The notes under the pieces: generated by a model
What the model was told of the DNA's origin: nothing
The model's input: the letters and a program-made list of their open reading frames with translations, nothing else
Database searches by the model: none
Part shown: piece by piece, positions 1 to 11,793 of the stretch
Numbering within the stretch: position 1 is the first letter of the stretch
How the letters are laid out: each line of letters starts with the position of its first letter
Program-made: the position numbers and the translations under genes
Assembly: GCA_950097015.1 (NCBI GenBank)
Contig: CATNEN010000002.1
Location: 3,782,001-3,846,000, forward strand
DNA length: 64,000 nucleotides
From: Macrostomum hystrix
Taxonomy: Eukaryota; Animalia; Platyhelminthes
Direction of reading: 5' to 3'

Positions 1-849
1 TTTACCCGAGTTTGAACATTTATTTCTATCCTGGGCAAAGCTTTGAAGGATGGGATAAATTTGGTCAGCGAGTCTTTCTTCCCCATTTCTCGTCCCTCCA
101 CAAGGAGAAGACGCAGACAGGCCTAGGGCGAGGAGAGCACCAAAATATGATTCGTCCTTTCTACCATTACAGCTAGATTCCCTCCCCGCAGTCCCCGGCC
201 TGTATTTCCTAAACACAATTTTCCTCCCACTCAGCCGCCCTCCGTCTGCGGGTAGCCAATGAAAGAGGAGGCTTGGCAGGCTTGTTGAAGGGTGGGGGCG
301 CAATCAATGTGTGCAGTTGCAGTGGGACATTCAGCCAAATGTTACACACGCACACACTGGGGGCATATAAATATCTGAATTATGTATGTCAGCGCGTCTG
401 TGTATGTAAACAAACTACTTATAAGTTTGGATCATCAATCTTTACTGTCTGAGTAAGTAGTTGAACCTTGTCGTTTGTTTTATTTTTATTGGTCTATTCT
501 TCTCTCTAGAAGCGAGTTAGAGTTTATTGCTTCGCTTTGCTTTGTTTGGCAATTTAAGAAAGACCAGAAGCACTTGTACGAGTATTTAGTTATATTTTTC
601 TTTGCTGCAACACTAACTGTGTGTTATGCCTATTAAGAGGGACTGAGATTTTCAGTTTAAAGAGAAACGTTTATAATAGGACCCATACGTTGCCTTGAGT
701 TTGTGAGACCCAGGCATTATCGAGCATTCGTGCGCTGAGTACCACTGCACCAAAGTGTGGCCAACCTGTGTGGCTTAAACTCACAGTATGATTCAATCAT
801 CATTGCTTTCAGTTTGACACATTTAAGCAGCCAATCTGCATGCTCAACT

Positions 850-3800
850 ATGGACGACAGCGCCTCGTTAGAGGACAGCTCCATGACCATTGTTCAGGGT
901 GACAGCACCATCGCCTTCGCCTATATCAAGGAGGTGCAGTCGAAGAAGAAACGGTTTTACGTGCTAAGATCGCAGCCGCGAAGGAACGGCTCCCCAACAT
1001 CGTCCACTTCTTCCGATTTCGAATTGTCGGCCAAGTCGTCCATTAGTCAGCCTCCCAACTGCCTCCTGTACGCCTATAAGAATAAGAAATTCTTCGAGAG
1101 AGGCGAAGCTAAACGGGTGTACGATCTAGCCAATGTCATCCTATTGTCCAGGTGTACCAAAAAGGCTAACAAAACCATACTGGGCATTTGCTTTCAAGTG
1201 AGCAATCGTTTAGTTTAGTTCTTAACAATGGTGACTCTCATTGTCTAGAAAGTAGCGATTCTCATAGTCTAGAAAGTAGCGATTCTCATAGTCCAGAAAG
1301 TAGCGATTCTCATAGTCTAGAAAGTAGCGATTCTCATAGTCTAGAAAGTAGCGATTCTCATAGTCTAGAAAGTAGCGATTCTCATAGTCTTGAAAGTAGC
1401 GATTCTCATAGTCTTGAAAGTAGCGATTCTCATAGTCTTGAAAGTAGCGATTCTCATAGTCTAGAAAGTAGCGATTCTCATAGTCTAGAAAGTAGCGATT
1501 CTCATAGTCTAGAAAGTAGCGATTCTCATAGTCTAGAAAGTAGCGATTCTCGTAGTCTAGAAAGTAGCGATTCTCATAGTCTAGAAAGTAGCGATTCTCA
1601 TAGTCTAGAAAGTAGCGATTCTCATTATCGAGAAAATAGCGATTCTCATAGTCTAGAAAGTAGCGATTCTCATAGTCTAGAAAGTAGCGATTCTCATAGT
1701 CTAGAAAGTAGCGATTCTCATAGTCTAGAAAGTAGCGATTCTCATAGTCCAGAAAGTAGCGATTCTCATAGTCTTGAAAGTAGCGATTCTCATAGTCTAG
1801 AAAGTAGCGATTCTCATAGTCTAGAAAGTAGCGATTCTCATAGTCTAGAAAGTAGCGATTCTCATAGTCTAGAAAGTAGCGATTCTCATAGTCTAGAAAG
1901 TAGCGATTCTCATAGTCTAGAAAGTAGCGATTCTCATAGTCTAGAAAGTAGCGATTCTCATAGTCTAGAAAGTAGCGATTCTCATAGTCTAGAAAGTAGC
2001 GAATCTCATAGTCTGGAAAGTAGCGATTCTCATAGTCTAGAAAGTAGCGATTCTCATAGTCTAGAAAGTAGCGATTCTCATAGTCTAGAAAGTAGCGATT
2101 CTCATAGTCTAGAAAGTAGCGATTCTCATAGTCTAGAAAGTAGCGATTCTCATTGTCTAGAAAGTAGCGATTCTCATAGTCTAGAAAGTAGCGATTCTCA
2201 TAGTCTAGAAAGTAGCGATTCTCATAGTCTAGAAAGTAGCGATTCTCATAGTCTAGAAAGTAGCGATTCTCATAGTCTAGAAAGTAGCGATTCTCATAGT
2301 CTAGAAAGTAGCGATTCTCATAGTCTAGAAAACGGCGATTCTCATAGTCTAAAAAACGGCGATTCTCATAGTCTAGAAAGTAGCGATTCTCATAGTCAAG
2401 AAAGTAGCGATTATCATAGTCTAGAAAATGGCGATTCTCGTAGTCTAAAAAACGGCGATTCTCATCCCAATTTTCCTACCATTTCCCAAATCCACAGGAC
2501 GAAGCCCTGTTTCTAAAATTTGACACCGAAGACGAACTTAACCGTTGGTATTTCCATCTGAACGAAATCTTCTCAACTAGACGAAATTGTCTATGGCCGG
2601 AATTGAAGCAGTGCTTCAGCGTCACACTCAAGAACAAAGAGTTAGCCGCTGCCGCCACCAGGCACGGCAAAGCCAACCTGCCCGGCCAGTACCGATTCTG
2701 CCTGACGGAGTCGGCCGTTCTGCTAGTTAAAAATGACCTCCTGAATCCTGTCCTGACTTTGCCGTTTCCCTGCATTCGCTCCTGCGTGCACTCGATGACG
2801 TCAAACTTCTTCCAGATCCACCTGGGCCGGTTGAGTCCTATCGGCGAGGGTGTGCTCCACTTTGAGGTGAGTTCATTGTCTTAACTTATAGTCTTATCTC
2901 ATCGTCTCTTTATTCGGTCGAATTTTATAGTCTAATACCATTGTCAAATGGTCTAATCTGATAGTCCAATCTTATTGTCAAATCCCATTGTCTAATCTCA
3001 TTGTCTAATCTCATAGTCTAATCTCCATAGTCTAATCTCATAATCTAATCTAATAGTCTAATCTCCTTGGTCTAATCTCATAGTCTAATCTCCATAGTCT
3101 AATCTCATAGTATAATCTCATAGTCTAATCTCATAGTATAATCTCATAGTCTAATCTCATAGTCTAATCTCCATGGTCTAATCTCATAGTCTAATCTCAT
3201 AGTCTAATCTCATACTCTAATCTCATAGTCTAATCTCCATAGTATAATCTCATAGTCTAATCTCCATAGTATAATCTCATAGTCTAATCTCCATAGTATA
3301 ATCTCATAGTAAAATCTCATATTCTAATCAGATTGTCTAATCTCCATAGTCTAATCTCCATAGTCTAATATTTTATGCTTAACCCCATAGTCTTGTCTCG
3401 ATGACTGTTTAATCAGGATTTGTTAATTATTTAATCTAACGTGAGCACCAAATGCGGCTTATACAAAAAGTAATAATTTCGGTTCCCAACAATACGTGCT
3501 TTTGTTTCGTTTGTGCGAACGTTTTTTAAGTTGTCTAGACAAATCAGTGCGATACTTTGCGGTTCTTTTGATCCTGTACTTTGAAGAACATTAGAACATA
3601 GATTTTTCAAAGATCAAAGAATTTCTTTTCGCTATAAAAATTTTCGATTAATTATTGGCAATTAGTTTAATTGAATCGCGTTTTAAATTGATTATAATTT
3701 TAGTCATCCCATTCAGACAGCTATTATCCCCATTCGATCAGTCAGTTATTATCCTCATTCAATCAGTTATTATCCCCAATCAGTCAGTTGTTATCCTAAT

Positions 3801-6800
3801 TCATTCAGTTATTATCCCAATCAGTCATTTGTTATCCCCAGTCAGTTAGTTATTATCCTAATCAGTCAGTTGTTATCCTCATTCAATCAGTTATTATCCT
3901 CATTCAATCAGTTATTATCCCCAATCAGTCAGTTGTTATCCTAATTCATTCAGTTATTATCCCAATCAGTCATTTGTTATCCCAATCAGTCATTTGTTAT
4001 CCCCAGTCAGTTAGTTATTATCCTAATCAGTCAGTTTTTATCCCAATCAGTCAGTTATTATCCCAATCAGTTAGTTGTCATCCTCATTCATTCAGTTATT
4101 ATCCCAATCAGTCAGTTGTTATCCCAATCAGTTAGTTATTATCCCAATCAGTCAGTTATTATCACAATCAGTCAGTTGTTATCCCAATCAGTCATTTGTT
4201 ATCCTCATTCATTCAGTTATTATCCCAATCAGTCATTTGTTATCCCCAGTCAGTTAGTTATTATCCTAATCAGTCAGTTGTTATCCCAATCAGTCAGTTA
4301 TTATTCCAATCAGTTAGTTGTTATCCTCATTCATTCAGTTATTATCCTAATCAGTCAGTTGTTATCCGAATCAGTTAGTTGTTATCCTCATTCATTCAGT
4401 TATTATCCCAATCAGTTAGTCGTTATCCTCATTCAGTCAGTTATTATCCCAATCAGTTAGTTGTTATCCTCATTCATTCAGTTATTATCCCAATCAGTCA
4501 GTTGTTATCCCAATCAGTTAGTTATTATCCCAATCAGTCAGTTGTTATCCCAATCAGTCAGTTATTATCCCAATCAGTTAGTTTTAATCCCAATCAGTCA
4601 TTTGTTATCCTCATTCATTCAGTTATTATCCCAATCAGTCAGTTGTTATCCCCAGTCAGTTAGTTATTATCCTAATCAGTCAGTTGTTATCCCAATCAGT
4701 CAGTTATTATCCCAATCAGTTAGTTGTTATCCTCATTCATTCAGTTATTATCCCAATCAGTCATTTGTTATCCCCAGTCAGTTAGTTATTATCCTAATCA
4801 GTCAGTTTTTATCCCAATCAGTCAGTTATTATCCCAATCAGTTAGTTGTCATCCTCATTCATTCAGTTATTATCCCAATCAGTCAGTTGTTATCCCAATC
4901 AGTTAGTTATTATCCCAATCAGTCAGTTATTATCCCAATCAGTCAGTTGTTATCCCAATCAGTCATTTGTTATCCTCATTCATTCAGTTATTATCCCAAT
5001 CAGTCATTTGTTATCCCCAGTCAGTTAGTTATTATCCTAATCAGTCAGTTGTTATCCCAATCAGTCAGTTATTATTCCAATCAGTTAGTTGTTATCCTCA
5101 TTCATTCAGTTATTATCCTAATCAGTCAGTTGTTATCCGAATCAGTTAGTTGTTATCCTCATTCATTCAGTTATTATCCCAATCAGTTAGTCGTTATCCT
5201 CATTCAGTCAGTTATTATCCCAATCAGTTAGTTGTTATCCTCATTCATTCAGTTATTATCCCAATCAGTCAGTTGTTATCCCAATCAGTTAGTTATTATC
5301 CCAATCAGTCAGTTGTTATCCCAATCAGTCAGTTATTATCCCAATCAGTTAGTTTTAATCCCAATCAGTCATTTGTTATCCTCATTCATTCAGTTATTAT
5401 CCCAATCAGTCAGTTGTTATCCCCAGTCAGTTAGTTATTATCCTAATCAGTCAGTTGTTATCCCAATCAGTCAGTTATTATCCCAATCAGTTAGTTGTTA
5501 TCCTCATTCATTCAGTTATTATCCCAATCAGTCAGTTGTTATCCCAATCAGTTAGTTGTTATCCTCATTCATTCAGTTATTATCCTAATCAGTTAGTCGT
5601 TATCCTCATTCAGTCAGTTATTATCTCAATCAGTTAGTTGTTATCCTCATTCATTCAGTTATTATCCCAATCAGTCAGTTGTTATCCCAATCAGTTAGTT
5701 ATTATCCCAATCAGTCAGTTGTTATCCCAATCAGTTAGTTATTATCCCAATCAGTTAGTTATTATCCCAATCAGTTAGTTGTTATCCTCATTCATTCAGT
5801 TATTATCCCAATCAGTCAGTTGTTATCCCAATCAGTTAGTTGTTATCCTCATTCATTCAGTTATTATCCTAATCAGTTAGTCGTTATCCTCATTCAGTCA
5901 GTTATTATCTCAATCAGTTAGTTGTTATCCTCATTCATTCAGTTATTATCCCAATCAGTCAGTTGTTATCCCAATCAGTTAGTTATTATCCCAATCAGTC
6001 AGTTGTTATCCCAATCAGTCAGTTATTATCCCAATCAGTTAGTTGTTATCCCAATCAGTCATTTGTTATCCCAATCAGTCAGTTATTATCCCAATCAGTC
6101 AGTTGTTATCCCAATCAGTTAGTTATTATCCCAATCAGTCAGTTGTTATCCCAATCAGTCAGTTATTATCTCAATCAGTTAGTTGTTATCCTCATTCATT
6201 CAGTTATTATTCCCATTCAGTCAGTAATTGTTCCCAGTCAGTAAGTTATTGTTTTCATGCATTCAGTGTCCCAATCAAAGCCCTGACTGTCTCCCTAGGC
6301 GGAGCAGAGCTCCCTACTCAAGGAGATCATAGACAATCTGCTCCGCTGTCTGAGTGAAGCCAGCAGCAAGGATCTGGAGTGCGTCAAGGCCAGGAAGAAC
6401 AGACGAAATTCTCGCCAGAGTCAACCGGCTTCCGTGGGCTCAGTCAGTCTGCTTGAAGACTGCCAATACCAGCAGCAGCAGCAGCAGCAGGCTGGCCGGC
6501 CAACTTCAGTGCACTGCTGCAACCAGAGAACCAATTGCTCAAACTGCAACTCTAGCAGGGCTAGCGTGTGAGTTCTTATTTGATTATTTGGCACTGTTAG
6601 TAAATGTCTAAGGTATTATATAACATACGTGACATGATACAGATAAAACCGAAATTTTCCCTAGTCTAAAATCAACGATTTTCCCTAGTTTGAAATCAAC
6701 GATTTTCCCTGGTCTAAAATCAACGATTTTCCCTGGTCTAAAATCAACGATTTTCCCTAGTTTGAAATCAACGATTTTCCCTGGTCTAAAATCAACGATT

Positions 6801-9800
6801 TTCCCTGGTCTAAAATCAACGATTTTCCCTAGTTTGAAATCAACGATTTTCCCTGGTCTAAAATCAACGATTTTCCCTGGTCTAAAATCAACGATTTTCC
6901 CTAGTTTGAAATCAACGATTTTCCCTGGTCTAAATAAGCGACGATTTCCTTTGTCCAAAAACATATTTTTCTGCGTTTCTATAGGCATGAGTCCTCATTC
7001 CCTGATGCGTTCCTCCCAATGCAGCTCCGGCTCAGTGTGCGGCCCAATGTTGATGAGGCCGAGCCAGTCCAACTCCGGTCTGGGCTCTCTGGGCCTATCT
7101 GACGGCAGCGCCGGTTCAAGCGGCGGCGGCGCCGGCGGCTCCGTTATCAGCCGCGGCTACAGTCTGCCACCGCCCGACTGTCAGTCCCAGTGTTCGTCTA
7201 CTCAGCAGCAGCAGCAGCAGCAGTCAGAGGATTACTGTCTGATGGAGCTGACTGGCGGCAGCGGGTCGGCGTATCGATGCAGATCGCCTAATTCGTCCAT
7301 GTCATTGTCTACGGCTAGCGAAGTCAACGGTGGCGGAGGCGTCGACGCTGACAGGGCTCAGAATGGTGAGAAGCTTCTCAGTTTACAAGCATTTCTCAGT
7401 GTTTGGATTGGTCATAGCCCTCCTCCTTCCTGACTGTTTAGATTGGTCATAGCCCTCCTCATTCCTGACTGTTTAGATTGGTCATAGCCCTCCTCATTCC
7501 TGACTGTTTAGATTGGTCATAGCCCTCCTCATTCCTGACTGTTTAGATTGGTCATAGCCCTCCTCATTCCTGACTGTTTAGATTGGTCATAGCCCTCCTC
7601 ATTCCTGACTGTTTAGATTGGTCATAGCCCTCCTCATTCCTGACTGTTTAGATTGGTCATAGCCCTCCTCCTTCCTGACTGTTTAGATTGGTCATAGCCC
7701 TCCTCATTCCTGACTGTTTAGATTGGTCATAGCCCTCCTCATTCCTGACTGTTTAGATTGGTCATAGCCCTCCTCATTCCTGACTGTTTAGATTGGTCAT
7801 AGCCCTCCTCATTCCTGACTGTTTAGATTGGTCATAGCCCTCCTCATTCCTGACTGTTTGGATTGGTCATAGCCCTCCTCATTCCTGACTGTTTAGATTG
7901 GTCATAGCCCTCCTCATTCCTGACTGTTTAGATTGGTCATAGCCCTCCTCATTCCTGACTGTTTGGATTGGTCATAGCCCTCCTCATTCCTGACTGTTTA
8001 GATTGGTCATAGCCCTCCTCATTCCTGACTGTTTAGATTGGTCATAGCCCTCCTCATTCCTGACTGTTTAGATTGGTCATAGCCCTCCTCATTCCTGACT
8101 GTTTAGATTGGTCATAGCCCTCCTCATTCCTGACTGTTTAGATTGGTCATAGCCCTCCTCATTCCTGACTGTTTAGATTGGTCATAGCCCTCCTCATTGC
8201 CTGCGCCTTGTATACTTTTTTATTGTCGCTCACTCGCTCAGTCCACAAATCATTAAAAATGTTATGACTCTTTTTTCACACTCTCGCCTTTTTTTTCTAT
8301 TTCCAAAGAATATTTTTATTTCGATCGACTAACTGCCCACTCCCCCCATGGCCCGTGTTTACCAACTGTAGGCAGCAGCGGTGTCTGTGACCTCTTCTGG
8401 CCTAACCCCTTCATTCTCAATAAACTCTCTTGTGTGTGCGTCCCAGCCCTGTTTTGTGTTTCTGCTTTCCATTTCTTATTCTCTCTCCTTCTCTCCCTCT
8501 CTGTCTATATTTATATTATAGAGGGGCGGTGTCGCCGGCTCATATCTGGCATGTTTTTTTGTACTTTTCCTGGCTAACGCGCGCAAACACTGCCATTATC
8601 TCGATCGCCCAATCTGTCCGTACGATAGTCGCTGCCGTTTCTTCTCTCCGTCTCTTTATCATACATTTTATTGCAATCTTTTTCGTTTGCTTTAGCTAAG
8701 TTTGTTTAGGCCGCGTGTTTGTAAATAATTAACAACTTCGTGAATTTAGGCAGTTGTTAGTTGCACTTTTTGTTTTACGTTGTAGTTTCGAAACTCTAAA
8801 GGGGCAGGAAAGACTGGACAGAACACACAGGGACGAGAAGAATGGTAAGTGACCAGACCAACTGGACAAATACCAGACAGGATGGACATAAAACTGACAG
8901 AATGTACATAAAACTGACAGAATGGACATAAAACTGACAGAATGGACATAAAACTGACAGGATGGACATAAAACTGACAGAATGTACATAAAACTGACAG
9001 AATGGACATAAAACTGACAGAATGGACATAAAACTGACAGATTAGACATAAAACTGACAGATTGGACATAAAACTGACAGGATGGACAAAAAACTGACAG
9101 AATGGACATAAAACTGAGAGAATGTACATAAAACTGACAGAATGGACATAAAACTGAGAGAGTGTACATAAAACTGACAGAATGGACATAAAACTGACAG
9201 AATGGACATAAAACTGACAGAATGTACACAAAACTGACAGAATAGACATAAAACTGACAGATTGGACATATAGCTGACAGATTGGACATAAAACTGACAG
9301 AATGGACATAAAACTTACAGAATGGACATAAAACTGACAGAATGTACACAAAACTGACAGAATGGACATAAAACTGAGATAATGTACATAAAACTGACAG
9401 AATGGACATAAAACTGAGAGAATGTACATAAAACTGACAGAATGGACATAAAACTGACAGAATGGACATAAAACTGACAGAATGTACACAAAACTGACAG
9501 AATAGACATAAAACTGACAGATTGGACATATAGCTGACAGATTGGACATAAAACTGACAGAATGGACATAAAACTTACAGAATGGACATAAAACTGACAG
9601 AATGTACACAAAACTGACAGAATGGACATAAAACTGACAGAATGGACATAAAACTGACAGAATGTACATAAAACTGACAGATTGGACATAAAACTGACAG
9701 ATTGGACATAAGACTGACAGAATGGACATAAAACTGACAGAATGTACATAAAACTGACAGATTGGACATAAAACTGACAGAATGGACATAAAACTGACAG

Positions 9801-11759
9801 ATTGGACATAAGACTGACAGAATGGACATAAAACTGACAGAATGTACATAAAACTGACAGATTGGACATAAAACTGACAGGATGGACATAAAACTGACAG
9901 GATGGACATAAAACTGACAGAATGTACATAAAACTGACAGATTGGACATAAAACAGGATGTTCTCTAGAAATCAGGTGAGGCACTAAAGTGCTAAGGTGC
10001 ACGGGAGTTTTTCAGTCTTGTCACAATAATTCCTTGGCTGAGTAACAGGTGGGCCAACTCAGATTAACGAGAATGTTCGCTAATTTCCGGCTGGTTCAAA
10101 TCGTTTAATTAATTCTGATTGCGTAGAACAATGCGGAAACACTGGGGCTATTTGCGGATACAAGTAATGACTGTTGGTTCCAATTGTCCCTGCGTCTTTT
10201 TATTAATCTGACAACGAAAAATCCTCAGCAGCTAATCTTTTGCGCGCTGAGCACAATAATCACCTGCTGCTGCCGCTGCTGCCACGGACTTGTAAGATTG
10301 TCCCATTACCGCTGCTGCAGGCTTGCTGTCTTCACGTTTTGATTTGTGTTGTCCCTGTAATCTTCCCTTTTTCCATTCCCTTCCCTGAGTTCTCCTACGT
10401 CCACTGAAATATCCCAATATTCTCCGAATTCTCCCCTATCTTCCCCAAGTTCTCCCCTACCTTCCCCAAATTCTCCCCTACCTTCCCCAAGTTCTCCCCT
10501 ACCTTCCCCAAGTTTTCCCCTACCTTCCCCAAATTCTCCCCTACCTTCCCCAAATTCTCCCCTACCTTCCCCAAGTTCTCCCCTATCTTCCCCAAATTCT
10601 TCCCTGAAACCTCTCGCATATTCTCTGAGTTATCCCCTATCAGTGTTCTCCCCCATCTAGCTGATATCCTAGATTTAAAAAATGATCTTTTTAACCTTTA
10701 TTTTTTCTAATAAAAATGGAGTCGAGTAAGGTTGTTAAATTAAAAAGAGATTTTTATAGTATATCCACTTCCACTGTTTTTTTCTTTAAAAATGTCGTCG
10801 TTTGTAAGTCCATAATTATTCAGCTTTTCCTGTTCGAATAAAATCCCAAATTTGGTTTGTTTTATTATAAACAAAATACCTTTCTCGGGGACTTCTTAAT
10901 TAGCCGACTGGCCAATTAAAATCGTTCATACGGTCCTTAGTTACTACTAATTAGGCAGAAACACTGACCGAATAGATATTGGATGTAACTGGGTTGTGTG
11001 CTGATTTGCTTTAGAAAACGTGTTTAAAATTAGTTTATTTTTTCAATCGCATCTTGTCGTGTCCCAAATAAAAAAGAAGCTATTTTTTCTAAGAAAATAT
11101 TCGAAAAAATGTGTTTCCACTCTCTCGAGTTGTCATTGGCTGGTGGGTTGTCTTTGGTGTTTATTGTGGCATAAACCCCGCGTGACTTTGACCTTGAATT
11201 TTATAAAACTTTGACCTTAATCTTTTTAATTTCACAAATCAACATTGAGATATCAGTTCAACTAGCGCATTTACGCTTTACATTCTGTGAACTCTTAACC
11301 TGACACTCATTCACCTTGAAACATGACTCTCATTGGCCTTGAACCATGACACTCTTGACCTTGAAACATGACATTCATTGACCTTGAAACATGACACTCA
11401 TTGACCTTGAAACATGACATTCATTGACCTTGAAACATGACATTCATTGACCTTGAAACATGACATTCATTGACCTTGAAACATGACACTCTTGACCTTG
11501 AAAAAAAACTCTCGATGACCTTGACCCTATTCCCTCAGCCGCCTCAAGCGGACAGCGCAGCATCGGCCCAGACGTGTCCCAAGCCGCTAGACTGGCTCGA
11601 GTGTCAACCTGGCGCTATTGCGACGCCCACCAGCATCAGCAGCAGCAGCAGCCGAATCAGCAGGGCTCCCCTGTCATCAGGGCAAACAGTGTCAGCGGCC
11701 GTCCTATGAGCAGGGGTGTTCATTCTCAGTATCCCCTTCATCAGCACCAGCACCGGTAT

Positions 11760-11793
<34 letters not shown>

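Noticed and set aside
690-752. Minus-strand tRNA A-box-like sequence (tggtgcagtggta) in the IRS 5'UTR intron
   Set aside because: No B-box or cloverleaf follows; at most an unrecognisable SINE fragment.
1188-2516. 442-aa SLESSDSH-repeat ORF resembling a Ser-rich or dentin-like protein
   Set aside because: It lies within IRS intron 1 between well-supported GT/AG sites and is out of frame with both flanking exons. A 24-bp unit is naturally open in some frame.
3655-6357. Many overlapping ORFs (QLLSQSV / SYYPNQ repeats)
   Set aside because: Translations of the intron 2 minisatellite in several frames; no domain content.
8372-8425. Possible alternative terminal IRS exon (ctgtag|gcagcagc... with AATAAA near 8419)
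   Set aside because: Phase-compatible acceptor but no recognisable coding signal; too weak without transcript data.
8729-10002. Cys-rich minus-strand ORFs (SVLCPFCQFY repeats) resembling zinc fingers or metallothionein
   Set aside because: All three frames of a 20-bp tandem repeat give the same text. It is antisense within the IRS intron.
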